Source: Candidatus Nanoarchaeia archaeon | Lineage (GTDB): Archaea > Nanobdellota > Nanobdellia > Woesearchaeales > GW2011-AR4 | Assembly (NCBI GenBank): GCA_035293285.1 | Contig: DATDOM010000066.1 | Location: 20,249-84,248, forward strand | DNA length: 64,000 bases | Direction of reading: 5' to 3' | In this document: positions 36,646 to 46,863 of the stretch, piece by piece | Layout of the letters: each line of letters opens with the position of its first letter | Position numbering within the stretch: position 1 is the first letter of the stretch | Notes under the pieces: model-generated | Databases searched by the model: none | What the model was told of the DNA's origin: nothing | Seen by the model: the letters and a program-made list of their open reading frames with translations, nothing else | Made by a program: the position numbers and the translations under genes

Positions 36646-39140
36646 GCAAAAAAAACCTTAGCTGGATTTTTGCAATGATTTTGCTAGCTTTAGTTCCTGC
36701 AGTTTATGCCCAAAGCTGGACTCAAGGAATTGGTTTTGTCGTAATTAATGCGCTTGTAGTTGGGATTGTGTTATTTGTATTGCAGTCATTCCTTATACCA
36801 AACAAGGAGGGTAAAGAAAAAACTGCAATCTGGGTTGTAATAGCAGTAACTTCGCTCTTGATTTCGTGGTTCTATGGACGTGGCGGATTTATCTGGAACA
36901 CTGGGCCCCTTGCAAAATTCTTCAATGTGTACTTATTGGTCAATGCGCTTGTAATCGGAACCTTCCTTTACGTTGTGCTTGGCTTGATGGGATTAAAAGA
37001 AAAGCTTGGCTCCAAGGAAGGAACGACCGGCTACATCATTTTGCTTTTCATAGTATCAGTAATGTTTGCATTCCAGCTTGGCAACCAGTGGATATGGAGC
37101 CAGACAACAGTAGCCAGATTCATAGACTCATTATTTGGAACTGACGGAATTTTAAATCCGAATCCTCCATTGTACAGGCTCTGGGTTTTCCTGTCAAGCG
37201 CAGTCTTGTTATCATTTTTCTTTGCAGGATACCTGCTAAAAGGAGGAGTAAACGGCAAAAACGGTGTAAGCTACGCACTTGCAATTGTCCTTGCTGCAAG
37301 CATGGCAAGCCAGGGTGCAAGCCTTGGTGCAGTCATACAGTTGGGAGAGCTTGTGTTTACAATATTATTTTTCCAGACCGTAAATGAAACATTCGGAAAA
37401 GATAATCAAATAATAGCGGGGTTTGTTTCAATTAGCCTGGTAGCCTGGGCTTCTGCTGCGGCTACCGCATCAATACCCGAGTACAGGGGATTGTTAGGGT
37501 CAATGTTCTGTAAAACTGGATTAATAGAATGCACTCAGCTGGCGGCACAATCGGCTGCAGCAACTGGCGTTTTTGGGTGGATAAAAACGCTTGGGATGTG
37601 GATTCTCATAATAATTGCAGTAATTGTGGTTTTATTATACAAGGCATTTAAAGGCGGCGGAGAGGACAAGAAGAAATGGCTTACAATACTTGCAGTATTA
37701 GCAATCTTAGGGATAATATTGCTGCCAGGATGGATATTCATTCCATTTTTGATTTTCATGGCCATAATAGGGCTGATTGTTTGGGGCATGAGCAGGGGAG
37801 AGAAGAATAGCAGAATTTTTACACTTGGTTTAGGAGGCCTAAAAAAGAAATTGAGTACAATATTTACAAATGCCAAGCTTTATAGGGATGTTCCTGAAGG
37901 AAGGGAGCCTCAAATATTCAAAGAAAATAAACATATGTTCCAGGCACTGGCAAATTATGTGACTCGTTCGGAAATAAATTACAGGTATTGGGCTTTCATC
38001 AAGACCGGAATAAAATTAGGAAATCAGCTTGCCCCAAAGATAGGAAAATTCAATGATCCAAAAAAACTTAGAAAAGATATAATATATTACAGAAGCGGGG
38101 GCACAGTTATAGAAGGCAATAGGCCAATAAAAGTAGAAGGCTGGAACAGGCTAAATCTTGAAGCGGTTAATTTGATGAATCGATTTTACTATTTGATTAG
38201 TATGGCGTATATTGCCGCAGAGTACAACCTCAAAGCAACTAACCAGTACCACACAGAAGCGGCAGAATTTGTTGCAATTGAAGTTGCGGCAAGGGAACTG
38301 TTAGAAAAAATGAAGAGAAATCATGAACAATACAAAAGAAGGTTAGACGCCTATGGCAACCATCATGTCCTAAAAGTCTACAGGGACATAACATTAGACA
38401 TGTCAAACCCAACAGGGGAAGTGGAGCAGCATCCGCAAATATTCGCCAGGCCCGGCGCTGCATTTGATATGGGAAACCAAGATCCCGCTGTAAAAAATAA
38501 TGTAGCCAAAGCGGACCAATTTGGAGTTGGCGAGGAATTAAACCAGTATGGGGAAGTAGTAGCTGACATAATTGGACAAAAAGCAAAGGATCCAAGAGAA
38601 TATAAAAAACCAAGAAGGATTGTTAATCCGGAGGATATAATAAATTTCCCGGATTTTATACAATTCATGGAAAACATCTCAAAGGATTGGAAAGGATTGG
38701 CAGAAGATGTAAGATACGGACTGCACCACCCAAAAAGCAGAACTTTAGGTGCTTATATAACTGCTTATAGAGAACATAAATATTATCCTGAATGGGCTGA
38801 TGAGCTAATAAAACCAACCGGTTCGCCAACTCAAGAAGACCCTGCTATAGATTACAGGGCCATGGCAGACCCGGGTAAAAATATTTATTGGGGAAGAAAG
38901 AACTATTACGATGGAAGCGAGGGAATTCCAAGAGATAATCCCTATCCGAACCTATGCTCTTTAGGCTTGACCAAATACTTGAAATTACGTGTTGAATTGG
39001 ACATAAAGGACCATCATAAAGTAGAGGAATTTTTGTACAAGTATCCGGCTGATAGCGGAGTCCCGGAAAAAAAGATGCCTGGCCAGCCAATAGGAATACA
39101 TTTGTCTGACAAGCCTCCAGAGCCGGCACAAGGTGGATAG
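36642..39140 (+). CDS. 832-aa polytopic membrane protein with a ~450-aa soluble C-terminal region of unknown family
   Basis: ATGA overlap with the ATPase gene. Signal-like N-terminus (ILLALVPAVYA-QS), about 10 hydrophobic spans to about aa 385, and a C-terminal domain shared with the 972-aa protein. Confidence 0.8.
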   Translation: MSKKNLSWIFAMILLALVPAVYAQSWTQGIGFVVINALVVGIVLFVLQSFLIPNKEGKEKTAIWVVIAVTSLLISWFYGRGGFIWNTGPLAKFFNVYLLVNALVIGTFLYVVLGLMGLKEKLGSKEGTTGYIILLFIVSVMFAFQLGNQWIWSQTTVARFIDSLFGTDGILNPNPPLYRLWVFLSSAVLLSFFFAGYLLKGGVNGKNGVSYALAIVLAASMASQGASLGAVIQLGELVFTILFFQTVNETFGKDNQIIAGFVSISLVAWASAAATASIPEYRGLLGSMFCKTGLIECTQLAAQSAAATGVFGWIKTLGMWILIIIAVIVVLLYKAFKGGGEDKKKWLTILAVLAILGIILLPGWIFIPFLIFMAIIGLIVWGMSRGEKNSRIFTLGLGGLKKKLSTIFTNAKLYRDVPEGREPQIFKENKHMFQALANYVTRSEINYRYWAFIKTGIKLGNQLAPKIGKFNDPKKLRKDIIYYRSGGTVIEGNRPIKVEGWNRLNLEAVNLMNRFYYLISMAYIAAEYNLKATNQYHTEAAEFVAIEVAARELLEKMKRNHEQYKRRLDAYGNHHVLKVYRDITLDMSNPTGEVEQHPQIFARPGAAFDMGNQDPAVKNNVAKADQFGVGEELNQYGEVVADIIGQKAKDPREYKKPRRIVNPEDIINFPDFIQFMENISKDWKGLAEDVRYGLHHPKSRTLGAYITAYREHKYYPEWADELIKPTGSPTQEDPAIDYRAMADPGKNIYWGRKNYYDGSEGIPRDNPYPNLCSLGLTKYLKLRVELDIKDHHKVEEFLYKYPADSGVPEKKMPGQPIGIHLSDKPPEPAQGG

Positions 39141-40958
39141 ATGGCAGATACAAACCAAGATAATCCAGAATCAGGTTCGCCCGTTGTGAAGATAGATTTA
39201 GTCATAAATATTTTGACCCGAATCACAACGCTTCAAGACCAGATGGAAGAAACAATAGATACAAAGAATAAGTACAGATTGCTGCTTTTTGAGCCCAAAT
39301 TATTGTTTGGATACAAAAAAGACTTTGCTGCATTTTTTGTTGCTTTTAACCTATACAAAGATTACTGCTCTTCTGTAATGGGCGCTGAAGAAATAAGGAG
39401 AGAGATAAATAAAATAAGGATATATGATGCGCGTTTAGCCCTTAGCATAGAAAACTTATTGGGCTTATCAAATAGTTATGGCTCTTTATTCTCCGGTTTG
39501 ATTGCTGCATTACGGCAAGGCAAAGAGTATTTTGTTTCATATATTTCTACCCATGACAAAGAATTGGCTTTAAGGGCCAAATCAATAAGCAACAATAGAG
39601 TATCGAGCCAATTGACCTTCCTGTTTTCCTCCATTAGCGGCCGAGAAGTTGATTACCTCCTTTCATACAAAAATGATTCCGGCAACTGGGGCAATTACTC
39701 CATAAATAATAGGATAGAATTTTTCATATCAAGAGTGAATTTGTACTTAAGAGGAGGCAATGAAAGCAATAATCAATTTAAGGGATTGTTAAATGATTTT
39801 GGTGACAAGGAAGTTACCGTTTCAATCTTGAAAAACAAAGCTGTCATGTACTTGTGGAAATATAATGAACAAATAAAATTCCTTAATTCCCTTATAGAGT
39901 TATGTAAAAAATCAGGAGAGAGCGGAGAATGGAAAGGGTTTTTTGGGAAGCAGGGATTTTGGACTAATATTGACAAATATGCCGCCAGATTGGAAAAAGA
40001 GTTTTCCAATGAGGAGTTCGCAAAAACCATAATTTCAAAAAAGAAAGAAATTGGGGAGAGCCCGGAAGGGTGGGGGGGCAGTTGGAACGGAGTGAATCTT
40101 GCGACTCCCGGATTATTGAATAATTTGCTGTATAAATTAAATCATCCTTCTTTTCAAAGGAAAATGATAATAATTCCGGCATCCCAGGAATTAAGAATAA
40201 TTTTTGAGAATAGGGAAGCTGTATTGAAAGAAAACAGGGATAATCATATAAAAGAACTTATTGGAATCATAACAAATACAGGCGGTTTAAAATCTAAAAA
40301 AAGAATAGCTGAAAATTTCAGGTCAGAATTAATAGGTTATAGTAAAAAATCAATAGAGCGTTTGGGTGAAGATTTATCCAGGTTCGCGAAGGTTGCAAAT
40401 GAGCCGTTGTTATCTTATGAGGAATTCATGGAAGAGTTTGACAAATACACTTTAAAAATAGACCCGCAAACACTCTGGAGCAGCATAAGCCGTTTGTCAG
40501 GCATAATGAAATCAAATGACAGTTACACAGCAGATTCCATAAACAACTTTAAATTTCTAAGAAGCATAAGCGATTTGACTTTGGTTAGTGGCGCAGACTT
40601 GTCAGCAAAGCAAGCATTGTTAAAGATAGAGATGCTTAGGAGCTTTGACCACTTAAACGATGAAGACATAAAAAATTTGGAAAGCTTGGTTCCAAAAGCT
40701 GAAGGCTTATTGGTTAAACTAAATAATTTAGGAGAATATTTAAAATCCAAAATAAATGAGAGTTACACTCTCAGACCTGAGTTTATCCTGAATCTGGACT
40801 TTAATAATATCAGAATAAGAAATTTAAACAATGATTTAGGTTATGTGAGAAAAGTTCTCTTAAGGCTCGTTAAGGATTTCAGGATTAAAGAAGTTGCAGA
40901 TCAATCTTACTTTACCAGCAGTACGAAAGATAATAGAATAGAAAACAGGGGTGCTTAA
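39141..40958 (+). CDS. 605-aa soluble helical protein, unknown family
   Basis: The ATG directly abuts the upstream TAG, with AGGTGG 5-10 nt upstream. No motif recognised. Confidence 0.75.
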   Translation: MADTNQDNPESGSPVVKIDLVINILTRITTLQDQMEETIDTKNKYRLLLFEPKLLFGYKKDFAAFFVAFNLYKDYCSSVMGAEEIRREINKIRIYDARLALSIENLLGLSNSYGSLFSGLIAALRQGKEYFVSYISTHDKELALRAKSISNNRVSSQLTFLFSSISGREVDYLLSYKNDSGNWGNYSINNRIEFFISRVNLYLRGGNESNNQFKGLLNDFGDKEVTVSILKNKAVMYLWKYNEQIKFLNSLIELCKKSGESGEWKGFFGKQGFWTNIDKYAARLEKEFSNEEFAKTIISKKKEIGESPEGWGGSWNGVNLATPGLLNNLLYKLNHPSFQRKMIIIPASQELRIIFENREAVLKENRDNHIKELIGIITNTGGLKSKKRIAENFRSELIGYSKKSIERLGEDLSRFAKVANEPLLSYEEFMEEFDKYTLKIDPQTLWSSISRLSGIMKSNDSYTADSINNFKFLRSISDLTLVSGADLSAKQALLKIEMLRSFDHLNDEDIKNLESLVPKAEGLLVKLNNLGEYLKSKINESYTLRPEFILNLDFNNIRIRNLNNDLGYVRKVLLRLVKDFRIKEVADQSYFTSSTKDNRIENRGA

Positions 40959-43877
40959 GTGGCAGACGCGCATGGTGCAGAAGGTGGAGGAGATGCCAAG
41001 GGAGGAGGCAAAGCAGGCTTTTTTTCTGAATGGGTAGAAATTGGCAGGAATTGGTTTAAAAGAAAAGTACCATTTGTAGACAGGTTCAGATTTGGGAGAA
41101 GGAAAGTAGGTGACAGGCCGCATCCAATTCAATATGAGCTTCAGAGCACCTGGATAGAAAAAAATACCAATTTGTTTGGCACCACTTTAAAGAGGGTAGA
41201 AAACGAGTGGGCTAAATTGGCAGTTTCAATGGGTGAAGGGCAAGACCCTAACAAAGGTTTTCTGGAAGATCCTCAAGGGATAGTTCCTCTTTACCAGAAA
41301 CTCGGGGTTTATGCCGACTTGGAAAGGATACCCCTGGAAGTAAACTGGTTTGAAACAGGAACGGGATTTCATGAAAGCAAGTTGTCATTTGAGATGCCTG
41401 AAGAAGCTGTTTGGAGAAAATATGGCTGGATAGAAGATGAGGTAAAAAAATTAAAGAAAAACTCAAGCAAAATCAAAGCAATAAGTGATAATGTAAAGAT
41501 AAAGAGGATTTCACTTCACCCGGGAACAGTCATTCATGAAGGCAAAATTGAAGAAGATATCTATGCTTTTGGCATTGAAAGGGCAAAACAAATGATAGGG
41601 GAAATGACAGCTTATTCTGAAATACTTAGCGTAGGCTATTTAAGACAAAAAGGTGTCGGCACTGAAGTTAGAACAAAAATTGATAATCTGATAAAACAGT
41701 TTACTTCGTTATTCCAGCAAATTGCGGAAATGGAAAATGAGGCATATAGTTTGCTCCAGGATTTGACCGGTGATGCCAAAATACTAAAAGGAAGATGGGA
41801 ACTTATAGCTGACCAGACTGCGCCAGAGTCAACAAACGTATCAACAATAAGATTTCCCCATACTTTTAGAATTATCAGGCAATATGCACTTCTGGAAATA
41901 ACTGAAAAAATAGAGAAAAAAACCGGAATTACTACTGAGAGCTATGAAAATAAAAGAGTAGTTACTTCTTACATAGATCCCAATCAGCATACTGCTACCA
42001 GTAATATTTATACAATAGAAAAGCAGAAACTTAATGATGAATTGGCATCAATAAACAGCATTATGACTGACGAATTGAAGTATATAGTTCGTGATATTCA
42101 GAGTTTTGAGCAATTGGTTAACAATACTGGAAGTTTTGAGAATGTCATAAAAGGGATTATCAGAGCAGAAAGAAATAATTTGATTGGCGTTCTTAACAGC
42201 ACCGACCTGCCAGAAGCCAAAATACAGAATATAACAGATTTGATTACTCATCCCGATCCTACTTTGGCCAGTTTGCTCGAAGAATCACTCAAAAATATTG
42301 TTTCAATAATTTCAAGTGTGGTAAACTCCAGAAAATCCGCTGACGAAAAAGTGGATGATATAGAAAACTCGTTGCTCAATTCATTTAGTGCAATCAGGAT
42401 TATTGAAGAGTTCCTTGCATATCACGAAAATGACGTAGTGGGTATTCTAAAGGAACGGGATGATAGGGGGAATAAAAGAAAAGTTGATGATGTTTTTGAG
42501 GATATCAGGCATGTTTTACTCCCAAATGAATTGGCCACAAGCAGTATTATAGACACCATATTAAATGATAAAAATCATCGGGCTCAAATAAAAGCATTAA
42601 TCAATAAACAAAAGGATGAGTTTGTAACGGCAAGAACCATAATTCGATTCATACGAATTTCTGTAGTGAGGAAAAATCTAGATGATAAAGAAGCTGGATT
42701 AAAAACAAGGCTGGAAATACTCAATATCAAGAAATCTGACATTGAATTAAAATTTCTGGAAGAAAAAAAGAGGCTTCAGGATAGGTTAGACGAGATAGAT
42801 GGTATAAGTCCCCGCGATATGCAGGATATTCTTGATTCTATCAGGCCAAAAATTAGCGCCCCGAATGCCGGGACAAAAGGTTTTTACAAAAGACCGGAAG
42901 AGCTAAAGTATGGTTTAGATGAATATGGGTACCCGTTAGAAATTGATCCAGGTAATGGGATAGTGCTAATTGATAAATGGTGGCATGAGATAGGCCAAAA
43001 TGAATGGCAAATGAAGACAATTGCACAAAAACATGAAGGTGCGGATACATTAAGAAAAAATTTGGGCGTTACTGTCAATTATACTTCCAATCCTGGTGAA
43101 AAACCAAAATTAGGGGATATAAACATTGCCGGAACTCCTGCCAGAGAAATACGTTATGTAACTGATCAAAGATTTATAGGGCAGGTCGATATACTTGACT
43201 TAAGTGCGTTTATGTATTCTTATTGGGATGCTGTAAGAGATGATTTAAGGGATGGCAGATACCACCCCCATTCAAAAAGTACTGGTGACTATGTTATAGA
43301 AGCTATGGGGGGATATCATAAGGATTTGGGCGCACCTTATTCCAGAGACTGGGTTCCTGGCTTAAAAAGCAAGGGAATGTTTTTTTCGAGAAGGGGTGTT
43401 GTGCCATTAAAGCCAATTCAACTTCACATAGACGTGCCAACAGAGCTTATTAAAAGTAATCCTGAAACTTTCAATAAGCATATCCCTGATGATGAGAAAA
43501 CAGTAACAAGGGATTACGCCATGAGAATGCCGGACGGCAGTGTAGAAAAAGGAGAAAGGCATCCTTCAAAGTATAATCCAGCATTTGATAGAAGGTCGTG
43601 GCACATTGAAAAATATGTACATTGGGGAAGAATGTATTATTGGGAATGGGCAGGCGGAATAAACAGGTGGTCAGAAAATACATTCCCCCATGTTTCAACC
43701 AGAGGATTGGCATTGTACATAGCCCATCTTGCATCTACAGACACTTATTATTATAAAGAAGCAGAAGAGGCAATCGAAGGGCATTCGTTTGATTACGGAA
43801 CCAGGGGAATGGGTGCATTCCCAATTATGAACCCATTAAGCGGAAAAAACATAGTAGGGGAAGGCACAGAAAATTAA
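40959..43877 (+). CDS. 972-aa protein, unknown family: Gly/Lys-rich N-terminus, long helical middle, conserved C-terminal domain
   Basis: The GTG start directly abuts the upstream TAA, with AGGGGTG upstream. The C-terminal ~320 aa are paralogous to the C-terminus of the 832-aa protein. Confidence 0.8.
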   Translation: MADAHGAEGGGDAKGGGKAGFFSEWVEIGRNWFKRKVPFVDRFRFGRRKVGDRPHPIQYELQSTWIEKNTNLFGTTLKRVENEWAKLAVSMGEGQDPNKGFLEDPQGIVPLYQKLGVYADLERIPLEVNWFETGTGFHESKLSFEMPEEAVWRKYGWIEDEVKKLKKNSSKIKAISDNVKIKRISLHPGTVIHEGKIEEDIYAFGIERAKQMIGEMTAYSEILSVGYLRQKGVGTEVRTKIDNLIKQFTSLFQQIAEMENEAYSLLQDLTGDAKILKGRWELIADQTAPESTNVSTIRFPHTFRIIRQYALLEITEKIEKKTGITTESYENKRVVTSYIDPNQHTATSNIYTIEKQKLNDELASINSIMTDELKYIVRDIQSFEQLVNNTGSFENVIKGIIRAERNNLIGVLNSTDLPEAKIQNITDLITHPDPTLASLLEESLKNIVSIISSVVNSRKSADEKVDDIENSLLNSFSAIRIIEEFLAYHENDVVGILKERDDRGNKRKVDDVFEDIRHVLLPNELATSSIIDTILNDKNHRAQIKALINKQKDEFVTARTIIRFIRISVVRKNLDDKEAGLKTRLEILNIKKSDIELKFLEEKKRLQDRLDEIDGISPRDMQDILDSIRPKISAPNAGTKGFYKRPEELKYGLDEYGYPLEIDPGNGIVLIDKWWHEIGQNEWQMKTIAQKHEGADTLRKNLGVTVNYTSNPGEKPKLGDINIAGTPAREIRYVTDQRFIGQVDILDLSAFMYSYWDAVRDDLRDGRYHPHSKSTGDYVIEAMGGYHKDLGAPYSRDWVPGLKSKGMFFSRRGVVPLKPIQLHIDVPTELIKSNPETFNKHIPDDEKTVTRDYAMRMPDGSVEKGERHPSKYNPAFDRRSWHIEKYVHWGRMYYWEWAGGINRWSENTFPHVSTRGLALYIAHLASTDTYYYKEAEEAIEGHSFDYGTRGMGAFPIMNPLSGKNIVGEGTEN

Positions 43878-43898
43878 AGTGTTTCGAATTATTGGCAA

Positions 43899-44690
43899 AT
43901 GACAAAAATATCATTCCTCGGAACAGGAAAAATGGCGGCAGCATTGATTAGCTCAATCCATAAAAAAGATTTTGTCAAGTCAATTATTGCAAGCGGAAGA
44001 AATGAAGAAAATCTTGATAAAATAAAAAATAAATTCAATATCAAGACAACCAAAGACAACAAAGAAGCTGCAAGAAATTCGGATGTGATTTTTCTCTGCG
44101 TCAAGCCGCAGGATTTTGATTTGTTATTAAATGAAATAAAAAGTGAAGTAAAAAGCCAGTTAATTGTCTCCATTGCCGCAGGAATAAGAACAATCCACAT
44201 TGAAAAAATTCTTGGCAAGAGAAGAGTAATACGAGTGATGCCTAATGTCAACTGCCTTGTCGGCGAGATGGCTGCAGGATTTGCAGGCGGAAAATACGCA
44301 AAAAAAGAAGATATGGATTTAGTTGAAAAAATTTTAAGTGTATCCGGGCTTGCAATAAAAGTAAAAGAAAACCAGCTGGATGCGCTTTCAACTATAAGCG
44401 GCTGCGGTCCTGCATTTTTTGCTTATTTCATAAAACATATGTGTGACGCTGCTGCAAAAAAAGGACTGCCAAGAGAAACTGCATATAAGCTTGCTGCAAA
44501 AACACTGCAAGGCACTGGAAAGCTTCTTTTGGAAAAAAACCTGAGTCCGGATGAATTGATTAAAATGGTTACATCAAAAAAAGGCGTCACCCTTGCCGGG
44601 CTTGAAGTGCTTGAAAAGGAAAAAGCTGGTAAAATCCTAGAAAAAATGATATTCGCAGCGCATAAAAGGAGTCTTGAGTTAGGTAAATAA
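43899..44690 (+). CDS. proC: pyrroline-5-carboxylate reductase
   Basis: ISFLGTGKMAAALI, VIFLCVKPQD, VIRVMPN and SGCGPAFF motifs. Confidence 0.9.
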   Translation: MTKISFLGTGKMAAALISSIHKKDFVKSIIASGRNEENLDKIKNKFNIKTTKDNKEAARNSDVIFLCVKPQDFDLLLNEIKSEVKSQLIVSIAAGIRTIHIEKILGKRRVIRVMPNVNCLVGEMAAGFAGGKYAKKEDMDLVEKILSVSGLAIKVKENQLDALSTISGCGPAFFAYFIKHMCDAAAKKGLPRETAYKLAAKTLQGTGKLLLEKNLSPDELIKMVTSKKGVTLAGLEVLEKEKAGKILEKMIFAAHKRSLELGK

Positions 44691-44715
44691 ATTCTTAAAA
44701 ACATTTAATAATCGA

Positions 44716-46014
44716 ATGAGTACACTAAAAACAATGATTGAAAAGGCCAAAATTGCAAGGGAAGCGACGCTTAAATTAGCCGCGCTGAAGAATGAAGTAA
44801 AAAACAAGGCGCTTGTTGCAATAGCTGCTGCCATAAAGAAAAATTCTGGCAGGATAATTGGCGCAAACGAAAAAGATGTCACTGAATCAAAAAAAGCAAA
44901 GATTAGTGATGTGCTGATAAAAAGATTGCTCATTGATGGAGATAAAATAAGTGAGATTATTGAAGAAATTGAAAGCGTTGCCAAGCTTGATGATCCAAAC
45001 GGAAAAATTCTGTCACAAGTGGAGCTTGATAGAGGCCTCATGCTTTATCAGGAAACCTGCCCAATAGGGGTAATTGGGGCAATTTTTGAGTCAAGGCCTG
45101 ACGCGCTTGTCCAGATCGCAGCCCTTTGCATAAAATCCGGAAATGCTGTGATTCTGAAAGGCGGTTCTGAAGCAAAAAATTCAAACAGGATTTTAGTAGA
45201 AATAATTTCAGATGCCTGTGAAAAAAATGGAATTCCAAAAGGAGCTGTTCAGTTAATAGAAACAAGGGACGAAGTATCTGAAATGCTGAAGATGAATGAT
45301 TTTATCAGCATGATAATTCCAAGAGGGAGCAATAATTTTGTAAAATATGTTCAGCAAAATACGAGCATTCCCGTGCTTGGTCATTCTGATGGGATATGCC
45401 ATGTTTTCATTGATGAGTCTGCTGAAATGAAAAAAGCGCTTGACATTGCTTATGACGCAAAATGCCAGTATCCTGCTGTCTGCAATGCAATGGAGACTTT
45501 GATTGTCCACAAAAATATTGCAAAAAAATTCCTGCCGGAGATTGCAAAAAAATATGCAGGTTCAAAAGTAGAAGTCAGAGGAGACGAAGAAACAGGAAAA
45601 ATACTGAAAGGAATAAAAAAAGCAACAGAACTGGACTGGAAAACAGAATACAATGATTTAGTGCTTTCAATAAAGATTGTTAATAATTTAAGCGATGCAG
45701 TTAGCCATATCAACAAATACGGCTCAAAACATACTGAGGCAATAGTCACAGAAAACAAAAAAAACGCTGAAGAATTCATGGATTTGGTTGATGCGGCATC
45801 AGTAATGTGGAACGCGTCAACAAGATTTGCCGATGGGTTTAGGTACGGAAAAGGGGCAGAAGTAGGAATAAGCACTTCAAAAATTCACGCAAGAGGGCCA
45901 GTAGGGCTTGAAGGCCTTGTGATTTACAAATACAAGCTGGTTGGACACGGCCAGATTGTAGGAGATTACAGTGGAAAAAATGCAAAAAAGTTTTTGCATA
46001 AAAAAATTAAGTGA
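44716..46014 (+). CDS. proA: glutamate-5-semialdehyde dehydrogenase
   Basis: 432 aa. GVIGAIFESRPDA, ILKGGSEA, CNAMETLIVH, GSKHTEAIVT and NASTRFADG motifs. Confidence 0.9.
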   Translation: MSTLKTMIEKAKIAREATLKLAALKNEVKNKALVAIAAAIKKNSGRIIGANEKDVTESKKAKISDVLIKRLLIDGDKISEIIEEIESVAKLDDPNGKILSQVELDRGLMLYQETCPIGVIGAIFESRPDALVQIAALCIKSGNAVILKGGSEAKNSNRILVEIISDACEKNGIPKGAVQLIETRDEVSEMLKMNDFISMIIPRGSNNFVKYVQQNTSIPVLGHSDGICHVFIDESAEMKKALDIAYDAKCQYPAVCNAMETLIVHKNIAKKFLPEIAKKYAGSKVEVRGDEETGKILKGIKKATELDWKTEYNDLVLSIKIVNNLSDAVSHINKYGSKHTEAIVTENKKNAEEFMDLVDAASVMWNASTRFADGFRYGKGAEVGISTSKIHARGPVGLEGLVIYKYKLVGHGQIVGDYSGKNAKKFLHKKIK

Positions 46015-46020
46015 TTTTTA

Positions 46021-46803
46021 ATGGCAAGAAACATAAAAGCAAAAAATGTACTGATAAAAATCGGCACAAACACCCTGACCAATAATGAAGGTGATTTGGA
46101 CAATGCAGCAATAAAAAATATTGTAAACCAAATTGCAGACATAAAGAAAAAAGGGAAAAATGTAGTGCTTGTAACAAGCGGCGCAATAGGCGCAGGAATG
46201 AAAGAGCTTAACTTAAAATCAAAGCCGCAGGATATTACTATGAGGCAGGTTTGCGCTGCTGTGGGCCAAAGCATTCTGATGGACACTTACCAGTCCTTAT
46301 TCGGAAAACATAACATAAAAATTGCCCAGATTCTTTTAACTTACAGTGATTTCTCCAACCAAAAAGTTTTTTCAAATTTCCAGAAAGGAATTAGCAAAAT
46401 GCTTGAGATGGGAATAGTCCCCATAATAAATGAGAATGACCCAATTTCAATTGATGAAATAGGCCCTTCATTTGGAGACAACGATATGCTTTCTGCAATG
46501 ATTGCCACAAGCCTCGATATTCAACTGCTTTTAATACTTACAAATGTCGACGGGCTTTTTGACAGGAATCCAAAGGAAAACGGCGCAGTGCTGATAAATG
46601 AGATAGGGGATATTGAAAAATGCAAGAAATATGTCGATGACAAATCAAGCAGCCTTGGAGTCGGCGGGATGAGAACAAAGATTAAAGCTGCAGAGATGGC
46701 TGCAAAAAAAGGCATACCAACAATTATTGCCAACGGAAAATCCAGAAATGTGCTATTAAAGATTTTTGAAAATGAAGAAGTCGGGACCATGTTCCCTGCA
46801 TAA
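46021..46803 (+). CDS. proB: glutamate 5-kinase (no PUA domain)
   Basis: VLIKIGTNTLT, VLVTSGAIGAG, PIINENDPIS, FGDNDMLSA and GVGGMRTKIKAA motifs. Confidence 0.9.
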   Translation: MARNIKAKNVLIKIGTNTLTNNEGDLDNAAIKNIVNQIADIKKKGKNVVLVTSGAIGAGMKELNLKSKPQDITMRQVCAAVGQSILMDTYQSLFGKHNIKIAQILLTYSDFSNQKVFSNFQKGISKMLEMGIVPIINENDPISIDEIGPSFGDNDMLSAMIATSLDIQLLLILTNVDGLFDRNPKENGAVLINEIGDIEKCKKYVDDKSSSLGVGGMRTKIKAAEMAAKKGIPTIIANGKSRNVLLKIFENEEVGTMFPA

Positions 46804-46863
46804 TGAATATAGAAATGTTTTTAAGCATCTGGTTGCGGATTGATTAAGAAAGAGAGGTGCCTT

